Shown here: in pieces, positions 9,221 to 19,832 of the stretch | Position numbering within the stretch: position 1 is the first letter of the stretch | Layout of the letters: each line of letters opens with the position of its first letter | DNA from: an uncultured Methanosarcinales archaeon | GTDB lineage: Archaea; Halobacteriota; Methanosarcinia; Methanotrichales; Methanotrichaceae | Direction of reading: 5' to 3' | Assembly (NCBI GenBank): GCA_963843555.1 | Contig: CAWJKV010000014.1 | Location: forward strand, 1-64,000 | Length of the DNA: 64,000 nucleotides | The notes under the pieces: generated by a model | Databases searched by the model: none | Seen by the model: only the letters and a program-made list of their open reading frames with translations | Told to the model about the DNA's origin: nothing | Position numbers and translations under genes: made by a program

Positions 9221-10237
9221 ATGAACCTGTGCGAGTCCAGAACTATCTGGTGGGACGACGGCCTGTGGCTGATCGATCAGACTGAACTACCCGGGCAGCT
9301 CAAACCCATACGGATGGAAAGCGTTCGAGAACTGGTGGAGGCCATTCAGTCACTCGTCGTGCGCGGCGCGCCGGCGCTCGGAGCCGCAGGAGCTTACGGC
9401 ATTGCTCTGGCGGCAGAGAAGTCTTTTGCTTCTAACGCCTATGACATGATTTCAGAGCTGGAGACGGCGGCAGATATGATCAAAGGGGCACGGCCAACGG
9501 CCATCAACCTGTCCTGGGGAGTGGATCGAGCCTTGAAGGCAGCGATAGGCAGGGAAAATATTGACGACATTCGTGAGGCGGCTCTCTCTGAAGCTCAGGA
9601 GATCGCAGAAGAGGATATTCGCATCAACAAAGCCATTGGAAAGAACGGTGCCAGGCTTCTAGAGGATGGAGACTCTGTTCTCACCCATTGCAATGCAGGA
9701 AGGCTGGCCTGCGTAGGATGGGGGACTGCCTTAGGGGTTGTGCGCTCTGCAGTTGCCGCTGGAAAGCGCATTCATGTATATGCCAGTGAGACCCGGCCGC
9801 TGCACCAGGGTTCGCGACTGACTGCCTGGGAATTGGACCAGGACAAAATTCCCGTAACCCTGATTTGCGAGAGCATGTCAGGCAGTCTGATGCGTAAAGG
9901 CAAAATCGATAAGGTTATCGTGGGAGCAGACCGCATCACCGGGGATGTCGTCTTCAACAAGATCGGAACCTATAATCACGCTGTTCTGGCAAAATATCAC
10001 AAGATTCCTTTTTATGTGGCCGCTCCTCTGTCCACTTTTGACCGAATAAACGCGGAGGAGGACATTACCGTGGAGGAGCGCGACCCTGAGGAGGTCTGCA
10101 CCCTGGCGGGCATGAGGCTCGCGCCACAGGGCGTCGCCGTCTGCAACCCGGCCTTTGATGCCACGCCACTGGAGCTGATAACGGGGCTGATTACGGAGAA
10201 AGGCGTCTTCCGGCCGCCGCTCATGCCACCGATTTGA
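9221..10237 (+). CDS. mtnA: S-methyl-5-thioribose-1-phosphate isomerase
   Basis: VRGAPA, RPTAINL, THCNAG, ETRP, GADRI, NKIGTY, NPAFDATP. Confidence 0.93.
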   Translation: MNLCESRTIWWDDGLWLIDQTELPGQLKPIRMESVRELVEAIQSLVVRGAPALGAAGAYGIALAAEKSFASNAYDMISELETAADMIKGARPTAINLSWGVDRALKAAIGRENIDDIREAALSEAQEIAEEDIRINKAIGKNGARLLEDGDSVLTHCNAGRLACVGWGTALGVVRSAVAAGKRIHVYASETRPLHQGSRLTAWELDQDKIPVTLICESMSGSLMRKGKIDKVIVGADRITGDVVFNKIGTYNHAVLAKYHKIPFYVAAPLSTFDRINAEEDITVEERDPEEVCTLAGMRLAPQGVAVCNPAFDATPLELITGLITEKGVFRPPLMPPI

Positions 10238-10274
10238 GAGAAAGATAGTAAAAGAATGAAGTAGGATTGATCTC

Positions 10275-11030
10275 ATGAATGCAGAGCTGGCAGTGATCGG
10301 AGGCGTGGGCTTTTCCCTGGAAGGATTGAACGACGAAATTGAGACAATTTACGGAAGGGTTCCCATTATCCATACCAGGATCAAGGGCCAGAAGGTCATG
10401 TTCATCCCCCGCCACGGCGTAGTCCATCTGCCCCCTCATAAAGTCAACTACCGCGCCATTATCTCTGCCGCAAAAGAGAGTGGCGTAATAAGGGTTATCT
10501 CCATCAACACCGTGGGCAGCATGGGTGCGCATCCGGCAGAAAGCATTTTTTTTCCCAATGACTTTGTTGAGTTCACCAAATGCAGGCCCAATACCTTTTT
10601 CGAGGACAGGGCAGTGCATGTGGACATGAGCCAGCCCTACTGCCCGGAGCTTCGGAGTCATCTTGCCGAGGCGGCGCATACTCTGGGCCTGCAGGCCGCG
10701 GAGGGCGTCTATGTTTGCGCCGAGGGTCCGCACCTGGAGTCTCCCGCCCAGATCAGAATGATGAGCCAGTTCGGAGATGTGGTGGGCATGACCGGTTACC
10801 CTGAGGTTGTCCTGGCCAGGGAGGCACAGCTTTGCTATGCGTCCGTATGCATCATCACAAACTCCGCCTGCGGCATATTGGGCACAAAAAGCGTGATCGC
10901 CTCTGAGATCCCTGATCGGATGAAAAAGTGCCACGAGGATATTCGGGAGATAATCTACCAGGCGGCGCAGAAATTCGCTGCGGAAAGATCCTGCTCCTGC
11001 CAGAAATCCCTATCCGATGCGGCCCTCTAG
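10275..11030 (+). CDS. mtnP: MTAP-family purine nucleoside phosphorylase (methylthioadenosine/inosine phosphorylase)
   Basis: PRHG..H.PPHKVNYRA, HVDMSQPYC, EGP..ESPA, VVGMTGYPE. Confidence 0.88.
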   Translation: MNAELAVIGGVGFSLEGLNDEIETIYGRVPIIHTRIKGQKVMFIPRHGVVHLPPHKVNYRAIISAAKESGVIRVISINTVGSMGAHPAESIFFPNDFVEFTKCRPNTFFEDRAVHVDMSQPYCPELRSHLAEAAHTLGLQAAEGVYVCAEGPHLESPAQIRMMSQFGDVVGMTGYPEVVLAREAQLCYASVCIITNSACGILGTKSVIASEIPDRMKKCHEDIREIIYQAAQKFAAERSCSCQKSLSDAAL

Positions 11031-11062
11031 CTTCAAGGTGTCTTCAAGGGCGCGTGGCAGTC

Positions 11063-11445
11063 TTACATCACATCAATGAGAACGGTGCCCTGCTTTGAGT
11101 TACCGCTGGCGTCAGTCACATTCAGGATGATAACGTGGCCGCCTTTGCTGAGTTTTGAGGGATTCAGACTTGAAAGACTGGCTGGTCGAGAGCTTTCCAT
11201 CGACGTTGGAGCTCCAAACAAAACTCAAAGGTCTATTGCCTCCACTTACATCGGCGCCAAAACTAACATCTTTATTTCCCTGTAAGAGTGTCACCGGTTT
11301 TTGGGGAGGTTATGGTCACAGTTAGCGATTCCTGGCTTTTGTCCGCTGTGGTGGAGCTGCTTTTGACATCATTTGTTCCACTCTTCTGCTCCACGCACCC
11401 TGCAGATAAGAGAACAAAACTTAGTGCTATGATCATCCACTTCAT
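11063..11445 (-). CDS. Small lipoprotein with PKD-like C-terminal part (frameshifted)
   Basis: MKWMIIALSFVLLSAGC lipobox; FGADVSGG..WSSNVDG and GGHVIILNVTDASG..QGTVLIDVM* lie in different frames. Confidence 0.55.
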
Positions 11446-11540
11446 GCCTGAGTGAAGCTTCTAAAAGAATATAATTCCTTCTCTTAAAAGTAAAGCTGAC
11501 AGGGCGCCAAAACTCGCCCAATCGCTTTGCTGATGATACT

Positions 11541-12173
11541 TCAGGTTGAGGCTGTCGGTGCTTCGGGCGCGACTGGAGCCGCCTTTGCTATGGTGGGCTC
11601 TCCTCTGATCTCTGTCTTGCGCACTTCTACGCGCCTGAGGGGATAGATCATCTTGGCTTCTTTATAGATATCCAGAGAGACCTTGCCTCCCACGACATCC
11701 TGGATCAACTGGTTCAAGTCGAGGTTCTTCGACCTCTCCATAACAACTGTCTTGGAGAGCTCTCTTATGCTCTTGACCTGATTGGCCCGTGCCCTCTTTA
11801 CTGTGAAGCAACTGGGCTTAATGCGGACCTGGTAGCCGTCTGTGGTGGTTACATCCACAATGGAATCGATGCGGGATGTTCTTCTCTTGACCAGGGAGCG
11901 CACATAATCCGTGGTCATCTCGTGGCCCAGGAACTTCGTGTATGCCGAATCGCCGGCAACTCTGTCGACCCTGAACTTGAGCTTGGTGTTCTGCTTAGAG
12001 AAATTGTTTGTGAGATCTCCCAGAGTGGTCTCAATAATCCTTCCCACGACCCTTTCCGGATCGTTAGCAACCGTTTCGCCAAAGGGAACTCTGCCGAACA
12101 TCTCCGGACTTACAACCTTATACCATTGTTTGGCCTTTCTGCTCTCAGCCTTTCTTTGCGATCTTCTAGCCAA
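11541..12173 (-). CDS. rps3ae: 30S ribosomal protein S3Ae (eS1)
   Basis: KAKQWY, GRIIETTLGDL, GHEMTTDYVRSLVKRRTSRID, IYPLRRVEVRK. Confidence 0.95.
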   Translation of the reverse strand: MARRSQRKAESRKAKQWYKVVSPEMFGRVPFGETVANDPERVVGRIIETTLGDLTNNFSKQNTKLKFRVDRVAGDSAYTKFLGHEMTTDYVRSLVKRRTSRIDSIVDVTTTDGYQVRIKPSCFTVKRARANQVKSIRELSKTVVMERSKNLDLNQLIQDVVGGKVSLDIYKEAKMIYPLRRVEVRKTEIRGEPTIAKAAPVAPEAPTAST

Positions 12174-12265
12174 TAAACATCCTCCAAGGTAATATTAATC
12201 CGAACTCCGTTCAAGCTCACTGTATTTAAACCGATCGCCCAAAAAGAACGAGATGCCAGCAAACC

Positions 12266-14071
12266 CTAGTCTGCCGGCCAGACGTAGATGTATACGTAGT
12301 TGGACCAGTCATTACACTGGTAGATCAGGATGTGCCAGCCCGGTTCGTTGCCCTTAAACCATGTCTGGTACCAACCAGTTCCTTTGTTACCGAAGTTCTT
12401 GGCCTCGGGAGCGCAGAAGTTGCCGTGTGAACTCGTGCACATAGTCCATTCATAAGACCAGTAGACTCCGGGCTGGCTAATCTTAGACCAGAGAGGCAAC
12501 CATTCTTCACAGAATACACCGGCGACTGTGCCCAGCTTTCCCTGGCAAGTCTGGACATAGTACTCATTGCACTTGCAGGTAGAGGGTTTGGGATAGACGG
12601 CTTTATAGCTGTGCGGAGTATATCCGCTTGGCGGAGTCGGGCTCCCCGAGACCGTTTCTACAGGACAACCGCTCGGATAGGGACAGACGCTGCAAACGCC
12701 TTCTTTTACTTCCGTCGAGCTGGTGCAGGTGGTGCAGGTCTCCCTTGAAGCTGTCAGTGCCGGAGCATTTACAATTACCGGAGAATTTACAATTACCGGA
12801 GCATTTACAATTGCAGGATTGGTGGCCTGCAGCTGAGGTCCCATGGATGCCTGGTTATTGACCTGTCCAGGGTAGCTCGACTTTGCACTCCCTGAAGGAG
12901 GATAGCCCTTTTGTTGATCTGGATTATTCGCAAGGCCTGGATAGCCCGTCTGAATAGGATAGGTCGCTGCAAGGGCGCTGCTCTTCTGGGCGGGATGATT
13001 GTAATAATCCCCTTCTTTCGCCTGGCCTGCGATCGGCTTGTACATATTGTAATCAGGCATCGCAAGCCTCTCTGCATTGGGGTCCGGAGGAGTTGGTGCT
13101 CCTGAGGGCAATGATGCCTGTGTCAATGCAACCGGGTTGCTGACGTAGCCAGGATTGCCTGTTAATGGATTGCTATAACCTGGATTGCCTGCATAATTTG
13201 GACTGCTTTGTTGGCTTGGATTGCTCGGAGAGCCTGGATTACTGACATAGCCTGGATAATCTCCGGAAGGCTGCGACATCGCTTTGGGATATACATAGAT
13301 GTAGATGTAATTGGACCATAAACCACAGTTGTAGCAGAGGATATGCCAGCCCGGGACATCTCCCGAGAACCAACCTTTTTTATAACCCTTTTCAGTCCAG
13401 CCCCATCCTCGCACAGCGGGTGAGGACTCACCGGGATACCATTCATAGACGAAGAAGTTGCCGCTTGATTTGATATCCGCCCACAGGGGCAGATAGCCTC
13501 CATAGCTGCATCCTGCTTCTGTATTCAGGCCTGATGATGTCTGCACATAAAACCTGTTTGCGGAAGAGACCTGGCCCGGGTAGTACCAGTAGCTTGAACC
13601 AGTCTGTTCAGTTCCTGCGGACCCTGTGCCTCCACTCACCATTTTCCCGGGCGAGGAGGTTGATACGAAGTTCAAGCTCTCATCTGGAGTGAAGCTCTCT
13701 GCTGCTGGTGGCGAGAGCCTCAGCACTTCTGCCGTCAATTGCTCCTGGATTGGCCCGTTGGTCAAGGGAGCAGGATATGCTGATTCTGATCCCTGAGGGC
13801 TCACAGATGCCTGCTGGTCAATGTACGGATAATTGTTCTGCTGCGGTTGTGAATAGCTGTCCTGGGTTGATAAGCCACCCTGATAGGGTACAGCCATATT
13901 TGCTCCCATCGACGTCTCTAATCCCGACAACTGGGGAGAGGCTGTGCCTGCCAGACTCTGGGCTGGTTGAAGGTAGGTGCTCGTATCACTGACACTCACA
14001 TCGCCAACTGCTCCCAGGGCGACGTTAATCATAACTATAAACGCAACCATTAATTGAAGATAATACTTCAT
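12266..14071 (-). CDS. Secreted Pro/Ser/Gln-rich, Cys-rich protein with an internally duplicated ~100-aa domain
   Basis: Signal peptide; two copies of LPLW...YEW...WF.G..PGWHIL...WSNY.YIYV. Confidence 0.8.
   Translation of the reverse strand: MKYYLQLMVAFIVMINVALGAVGDVSVSDTSTYLQPAQSLAGTASPQLSGLETSMGANMAVPYQGGLSTQDSYSQPQQNNYPYIDQQASVSPQGSESAYPAPLTNGPIQEQLTAEVLRLSPPAAESFTPDESLNFVSTSSPGKMVSGGTGSAGTEQTGSSYWYYPGQVSSANRFYVQTSSGLNTEAGCSYGGYLPLWADIKSSGNFFVYEWYPGESSPAVRGWGWTEKGYKKGWFSGDVPGWHILCYNCGLWSNYIYIYVYPKAMSQPSGDYPGYVSNPGSPSNPSQQSSPNYAGNPGYSNPLTGNPGYVSNPVALTQASLPSGAPTPPDPNAERLAMPDYNMYKPIAGQAKEGDYYNHPAQKSSALAATYPIQTGYPGLANNPDQQKGYPPSGSAKSSYPGQVNNQASMGPQLQATNPAIVNAPVIVNSPVIVNAPALTASRETCTTCTSSTEVKEGVCSVCPYPSGCPVETVSGSPTPPSGYTPHSYKAVYPKPSTCKCNEYYVQTCQGKLGTVAGVFCEEWLPLWSKISQPGVYWSYEWTMCTSSHGNFCAPEAKNFGNKGTGWYQTWFKGNEPGWHILIYQCNDWSNYVYIYVWPAD
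12761..12813. repeat. 18-bp tandem repeat x3 (encodes A/P-IVNAPV-IVNSPV-IVNAP)
   Basis: ggagcatttacaattacc ggagaatttacaattacc ggagcatttacaattgc. Confidence 0.85.
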
Positions 14072-14337
14072 ATACCCCCACTCCTGACTAACTTTAGTCT
14101 GTTGCTTTATTCTTTTAGAGCGTTCTATCTATTTAATACTTGCTTAGGAACGAGTGCAAGAAGCCATCTAGTTTATAATAATAATATTTAGTCCTTTAAT
14201 TCACCTGCAAAAATAGGCAAATAAGGCGAAGTTTTCTCATCTTGACAAAAATGGAAAGTTTTTTCTTTAGGGCTAATTTTCAAAAAAATTAGATATCCTT
14301 GGATACTGGCGGGAGATTGCGATTATTGCTGCATTAG

Positions 14338-15109
14338 CTACTCTTTCTTGCTCCAGTTGTTTCTGACCATCTCTGCTAGACGCGGATTATCAAATTGATT
14401 GTAGATATCCAGGTCTGTGGTGAAGCCTACAAATGGATCTATGGTGCCCTTTTCAAGGTTCGTCACCCAGATTTGAATGCCTTTATCCTCTGCAGCCTGC
14501 CCTTTCTCCCGGAAGAACTGCACAAAGGGCTCCAGTGTCTCGCTGCTGGGCACCAGAATTATGCTGTCCAGTCCAGGCTCATTCCTGCATTTATCGATAT
14601 TAACAGCCTTTACGCTCGTAAAGACGAAGGCCTTAGCCTTATGGTCCCGTGTCGAGAAGGTGAGTTCAGACGGGCTCTCTGCAGTGAGACTATACCCGGC
14701 GTTATGCATGAAATCCTTTAATAAATCGCTCAGGCTCTGGCGAAGGATAATTTTCAGCTCTGGAAGAGATCGAAGAAACCTGGCTTGCTGCATCGGCAAA
14801 GTCCTGCTTGCTGTACTTTTTTGTGTGCAGGAAATGGAAGATACGCCCGTCCATTTGAGTGTAAGTATCGAGCTTGGGCAGATCGAAGAAGACCGGCTCC
14901 TTGCTCATGATGCTGGCAAAGATCCCGGGAGCAATGATCTCGCCCCCCACCATCTTCTTTAGCTCCGAGGCATCCTGATCGCTCAGCTTTGCAGTTCGAA
15001 CCACATCATAGGTGCGAAGGAGAAGCTCACACCTGGCTATGATCTCCCTCTCGCAAAGCAGTTCCCTAAGAGGGCCTGTAATTTTGTCTATCCCCATTCC
15101 GATTTCCAT
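14338..15109 (-). CDS. Conserved hypothetical protein, one gene split by a frameshift near 14780
   Basis: Overlapping ORFs 14702-15109 and 14338-14799 read as continuous protein; downstream of mptA. Confidence 0.6.
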
Positions 15110-15116
15110 TCCATCA

Positions 15117-16070
15117 TCAATTCCTTATGCTGGCTAATTCAGCTCTCAATTCGCCCATCGTGGCAATTCTCTCTGCAAAAGCGTTATGCTGGTGGATGCT
15201 CTCCTCATTGATCTGTTTTAGAGTTACGGCAGCATCATCCGGAAGATCGGTGAATGCCTCTACCAGCTTCTGAGCCATGGTCCGGACGCAATCCTCCACG
15301 AACTTGGGATTTTTGTGCGCTCGCCTTACCACCACGGCTTCATCCGGGCGTTTTAAAAGCCCGTAAACCTTGGAGCTCATGGACTCTTCAATGATTTTGA
15401 TGATCCTGTCGATGGAAACGCAGCGCCGGTCATGAACTTCAACCGAAATGCTCCCTCTCCCCCTCTGGTTATGTGTAGCTAGAGGCAGCCTCTCCAGGAG
15501 GTCTGTGATAACCTCTTCAGATAAGCCTGTTTTTCCCAGCTCCTCGCGAGCCTGCTCTCTCATGATCCCCTGGGCGCAGGGACAGGCAGTCGTGCCCAGA
15601 ACCTCGGCGCCCACCGTCTTCCTCACATAACCGGAGGGGCCGGCTCTTGCCACAGCTTCGGCAAAGATGTCAACCACCTCCTGGCAAGTGACTCTGGTAA
15701 CCGGAGTCTGCCTGCGAACGATGTATTCGCTCTTCATTTTGACTTCTGCTCGGGATGCGTACTCATGCCGGGAGAGGAGTCTCTTGGCAATCTCTCCACA
15801 AAGCTCCTCGATCTCATAGACGGGGCAATTTATGGCTTCCTCCAAAACCTCATCTATAACCTCAAAGTTGCGGGAGAGGTTGGCCCCTTTGCGGTCCGAA
15901 GGAAGGTCGACGAAGACCTCAAAATTGGATATGAGAACTATTGGCCTCCAATCGTTTCCACGCTCAACTTTTATTAGCTTCTTGACGCCAGTCACTCCTA
16001 CTCTCGTCAGATTGAAGGGGTAATCGGGTTCGCAAGCCTGAATGTCTGGTAGTGTGTCCACTGGTTTCAC
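15117..16070 (-). CDS. mptA: GTP cyclohydrolase MptA (FolE2 family)
   Basis: [52 protein letters not shown]. Confidence 0.93.
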   Translation of the reverse strand: MKPVDTLPDIQACEPDYPFNLTRVGVTGVKKLIKVERGNDWRPIVLISNFEVFVDLPSDRKGANLSRNFEVIDEVLEEAINCPVYEIEELCGEIAKRLLSRHEYASRAEVKMKSEYIVRRQTPVTRVTCQEVVDIFAEAVARAGPSGYVRKTVGAEVLGTTACPCAQGIMREQAREELGKTGLSEEVITDLLERLPLATHNQRGRGSISVEVHDRRCVSIDRIIKIIEESMSSKVYGLLKRPDEAVVVRRAHKNPKFVEDCVRTMAQKLVEAFTDLPDDAAVTLKQINEESIHQHNAFAERIATMGELRAELASIRN

Positions 16071-16297
16071 CTTGCGTTCGAATGCCTATCTTTGTCATTG
16101 AGCGATTCCGCCTCCAATTCGTCTACGCGGAGGAGGAGACTGTCCACTTCCTGAATCATCTCATCGAGGTTTTCATTGATCTTCTGGTGTCGCTCGTCCG
16201 ATAAAAGAAAAGACCTTTCCATCTCGGCCATCAATTGCTCATAGCCCATATCGAGCATCTCAACTATCATTCTCTCGATATCCTTCGAACCGGGCAT
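16067..16297 (-). CDS. Small acidic coiled-coil hypothetical protein
   Basis: Overlaps the mptA start by 4 nt; heptad-like composition. Confidence 0.6.
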   Translation of the reverse strand: MPGSKDIERMIVEMLDMGYEQLMAEMERSFLLSDERHQKINENLDEMIQEVDSLLLRVDELEAESLNDKDRHSNAR

Positions 16298-16404
16298 GAT
16301 GGTTTATTCAAAATAGACGTATTTGAGACTTTGCTTTTCGGCCCGCCGAGAGAGTCAGTTATATCTATCCGTAAGGCCATCATTCTTGGAAAGGAGTTCT
16401 ACTG

Positions 16405-17052
16405 ATGATCAAGCGTTGCCCTCAACACGGATTTTTCAGGGAAGAGCACTGTAGGTGCGGCTCTGTGGGTCAGCTTCTTTTGGATGAGGCCAAGACGGAG
16501 CAGCTGGGCCGGCTGGTAGCAGGGGCCCTCAGGCATTTCCCCGCTGATCTGGGCCTGGAGATGGACTCTCGCGGCTGGGTAGATCTGGGAAAACTGGGGC
16601 AGGTAGTGCAAAGCAGGCACCGCTGGGCCAGCAAAGAATTGGTGATAGCGCTGGTAGAATCCGATTCAAAACAGAGATACGAAATCTTGAACGATAAAGT
16701 AAGGGCCAGATACGGCCACTCTGTGGACGTAGAGCTGGACCATCCGGAGAATGAGCTTCCTATGCTCTACTACGGGGCAAGCGAAGAAGAAGCTGACAGG
16801 ATCCTGGAGATAGGCCTTAAGTCTGCATCGCAAAGGTATGTTCATCTCTCCACGACTCCGGAGAAAGCCTGGCATGTGGCAACCTTTCGCACCGGCAATC
16901 CCAGAGTAATTCAGGCAAATGCAGCACTCGCAAAGATTACAGGAGTGAAAATGATGACCGTGAACGATGATATCGTCATATCAGAGACGATTCCAGCCAG
17001 GTTTCTCTCTATCCTCGCGGCCAGAGACATCCCCAAACAGGAAAAACTTTAG
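16405..17052 (+). CDS. kptA: RNA 2'-phosphotransferase (Tpt1/KptA)
   Basis: ALRH, KQRYE, RARYGHS, YVHLS motifs; N-terminal Zn-ribbon CPQH..CRC. Confidence 0.92.
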   Translation: MIKRCPQHGFFREEHCRCGSVGQLLLDEAKTEQLGRLVAGALRHFPADLGLEMDSRGWVDLGKLGQVVQSRHRWASKELVIALVESDSKQRYEILNDKVRARYGHSVDVELDHPENELPMLYYGASEEEADRILEIGLKSASQRYVHLSTTPEKAWHVATFRTGNPRVIQANAALAKITGVKMMTVNDDIVISETIPARFLSILAARDIPKQEKL

Positions 17053-17075
17053 TTAAAAACTGAGAAAACCAATAT

Positions 17076-17696
17076 CTAGCGGCCGAAGCGTCTCTCTCTT
17101 CGCTGGCAGTCTCTGATGGCGCGCAGAAAGTCAATCTTGCGAAGCTGCAGCCAGTTGACATCTGTAAAGTAGAGCTCGGAATAGGCTGCTTGCCAGATCA
17201 TAAAATCACTGAGCTGTTTTCCGCCTGCCCTTATCACCAGGTCTGGCTTCTGGCTGAATCGCAGATGGGATTCTATCATCTTTTCATCGATTTGATCGGG
17301 ATCCAAAGAACCACTTTCCACGTCCTGGAGGAGATCTCGAAACGCCCCTGCCACCTCGCGCTTGCCCCCGTAGCCCAAAGATACTACTACCTTAAGTCTG
17401 CCACCCAACCCCGTTTGCTGCACATCAATCGCTGTATGCAAGCTGATCTGTGCTGGAGAGTCGTTGAGAAATGAATTGATCTTCTGGCAGAGCATGGGCT
17501 CTTCATCATTTACATAGAGCACCAGGGATGTCAAACCGATAGATGCGCTCCAATCGATAAGATCCGTCAGTTGCTCCAGACCTTCATCGAACAGATCTCC
17601 AGAGGCAAGGACGACGGCCACGCAGCCGGGCAGATTGTTCTTGGCGATCTGGATTTCCAGGAGATGCTCGTAGAGGCCGTAGAGGCGGTGAATCAT
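17076..17696 (-). CDS. cis-prenyltransferase (UppS)-family protein, non-catalytic Nus1-like type
   Basis: YGGKRE, PDLVIR.GG, LSDFMIWQAAYSEL, C-terminal RRFGR; lacks DGNRR. Confidence 0.8.
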   Translation of the reverse strand: MIHRLYGLYEHLLEIQIAKNNLPGCVAVVLASGDLFDEGLEQLTDLIDWSASIGLTSLVLYVNDEEPMLCQKINSFLNDSPAQISLHTAIDVQQTGLGGRLKVVVSLGYGGKREVAGAFRDLLQDVESGSLDPDQIDEKMIESHLRFSQKPDLVIRAGGKQLSDFMIWQAAYSELYFTDVNWLQLRKIDFLRAIRDCQRRERRFGR

Positions 17697-17758
17697 TCAA
17701 ATCATCCGGTGTCTTTCATAGGCAAAGTATTTTTGCGATGAGATGGGTTTCGTAGGTC

Positions 17759-18976
17759 ATGCAACGGGAGGATGTCGCCAGGGCAATAATAGGACTGATG
17801 GCGCTGTTACTGCCTTATGCCGGAGCCTATACCATCCTTCCCCTGGCGGCCCTATTCCTCCTGGACCCGGGCACTCGCCTGCTTTCTGGGACCCTGGGCC
17901 TGCTTCTCATCATGAGGATGGCGCTATCCCTTGTGGACATCAACCTTCCTCTGTATGTCATCGCCATCTCTTTTGTAGCCTCCGCCTTCGCCCCACTGGC
18001 TTTCCGGAAGCTCGATTCGCTTGCGGGCAGCATAGTCTATCTCCTCATTACAGTGGCTCTAGGGTATCCCCTTGCGAGCCTGATCGCGGAGGGCAGCTTG
18101 TCCCCTGAACGAATCCTGTTCCTGGCCATCCTGGGTGGGCTTTCCGGTGCTTTTTTGTATCACGCTTCCAGGGAGCGCGACTTCACAGTGCCTTTCGGCA
18201 CGGCCATGGTGATGTGGCTCTTTTCCTTCGATTATCCGCTGCCAGATCCTTATCTCATTTTGCTCATCTGCACTTTCGCTCTCGTCCTGGGGGTCGGCGC
18301 CTACTGGGCCAAAGCTGCAGACTCGGATGCCGTATTGAGCGAGACCATAGTCTGCCTGCTAGTGATTCTATTTGGGGGCTTGACCTGGTTTATGCTTTTG
18401 CTGGCTTTCTATTTGCTGGGCGGCGGATTCACTCGCTATGGGTATGCACATAAGGCAAAGCTCGGCATCGCTCAATCCCATGGAGGCGTGCGCGGCTACA
18501 AGAATGTCTACAGCAACAGCCTGGTCCCTCTGGCTCTGGCCGTCTGCTACGGCGTTTACCGCAATGAGATATTCAATGAGATATTCATCTACGCCTTTAT
18601 CGCTTCTGTGGCAACGGCTGCCGGCGATACACTGGCCAGTGAAATAGGAGAGACCAGCCGTTCCAAACCGAGGATGATAACCACTCTAAAAGAGACGGAA
18701 CCGGGAGTGGATGGAGGTGTGACACCACTTGGCGAAGCCGCCTCGTTAGCTGGTGCCCTTATCATCGGGCTCCTGGCCATGGTAACGGGTATGACAGGCG
18801 CTTTTGGGATTGCAGCTGGTGTTATTGGCGGATTTATGGGCACGAACTTTGACAGCCTTCTCGGGGCAACGCTGCAGAGAAGAGGTATTTTGAGCAATAA
18901 TGGCGTAAACCTGGTGGCGACTGGCTTCGGGGCTCTGGTGGGTGCAGTTCTCTGGTATATCCTGCAAATTATTTAG
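17759..18976 (+). CDS. DUF92 / TIGR00297 membrane protein
   Basis: RGYKNVYSN, DTLASEIG, PGVDGGVTPLG, DSLLGATLQ, NNGVN. Confidence 0.88.
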   Translation: MQREDVARAIIGLMALLLPYAGAYTILPLAALFLLDPGTRLLSGTLGLLLIMRMALSLVDINLPLYVIAISFVASAFAPLAFRKLDSLAGSIVYLLITVALGYPLASLIAEGSLSPERILFLAILGGLSGAFLYHASRERDFTVPFGTAMVMWLFSFDYPLPDPYLILLICTFALVLGVGAYWAKAADSDAVLSETIVCLLVILFGGLTWFMLLLAFYLLGGGFTRYGYAHKAKLGIAQSHGGVRGYKNVYSNSLVPLALAVCYGVYRNEIFNEIFIYAFIASVATAAGDTLASEIGETSRSKPRMITTLKETEPGVDGGVTPLGEAASLAGALIIGLLAMVTGMTGAFGIAAGVIGGFMGTNFDSLLGATLQRRGILSNNGVNLVATGFGALVGAVLWYILQII

Positions 18977-18998
18977 GGATAAAGGACCATTAGCAAGT

Positions 18999-19832
18999 AT
19001 GATGATCTTCGGTATCTTTGGGGATCCAATAGAGCACAGCCTCTCTCCAGTCATGCAGAATGAGGCACTGCGGGCTTTGGGCCTGGACGCCAGATATCAT
19101 GCCTTTCGCGTAGCAAGGAATGGATTGAAGGATGCCATTCGCGGCGCTGCCGCTATGGGCTTTGGCGGGCTCAATCTGACCATCCCTCTCAAGGAAAAAG
19201 CGCTGGAATTGGACTTCTTGCAAGCGGATGAGCTGGCAATGGCTATAGGCGCGGTGAACACGATATCCTTTGAAAACGATAGCGATCAAGGGAATCGGAT
19301 CCGGGGCCACAACACGGATGGATGGGGCGCGCTGCTGGCCCTGCAGGATGCCAAAGTTCGCGTCGACGGCCGCAGGGTTCTCTTGATTGGGGCAGGAGGC
19401 GCAGCGAGGGCCGTGGCTTATACTCTGGAGAAGGAGGGTGCAGAGATCTCCATCGCGAACAGAAGCCTCCCAAGGGCTCATGAGCTGGCCGTCTCTGTAG
19501 GAGGAATGGGCTTTTGTCTATGCGATTTGGAGAAACTGGTCTTGCAGGCGGACATAATAATAAACGCCACATCAGTAGGCATGCGAGCTGGAGACTCCAG
19601 GCTCTTTGATGGCCGGCTCTTGAATAGCCGTCAGGCGGTCTTCGATATCGTCTACAACCGGGATACCGAACTCCTCCAGGATGCTCGCGCCGCAGGATCT
19701 GTGGCTATCGATGGGGTGATGATGCTTGTCTATCAGGGGGCGAAGGCTCTGGAGATCTGGACAGGGAAGAAGGCTCCGGTGGACGTAATGGAAAGGGCGG
19801 TTCGAGAGGCTTTGGCGCGGGGAGGAAAGTGA
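18999..19832 (+). CDS. aroE: Shikimate dehydrogenase
   Basis: GDPIEHSLSP, NLTIPLK, GAVNT, NTDG, GAGGAA, MLVYQG. Confidence 0.95.
   Translation: MMIFGIFGDPIEHSLSPVMQNEALRALGLDARYHAFRVARNGLKDAIRGAAAMGFGGLNLTIPLKEKALELDFLQADELAMAIGAVNTISFENDSDQGNRIRGHNTDGWGALLALQDAKVRVDGRRVLLIGAGGAARAVAYTLEKEGAEISIANRSLPRAHELAVSVGGMGFCLCDLEKLVLQADIIINATSVGMRAGDSRLFDGRLLNSRQAVFDIVYNRDTELLQDARAAGSVAIDGVMMLVYQGAKALEIWTGKKAPVDVMERAVREALARGGK

Noticed and set aside
12761..13260. Short tandem repeats as a possible CRISPR array
   Set aside because: In-frame coding repeats without unique spacers; no cas genes.
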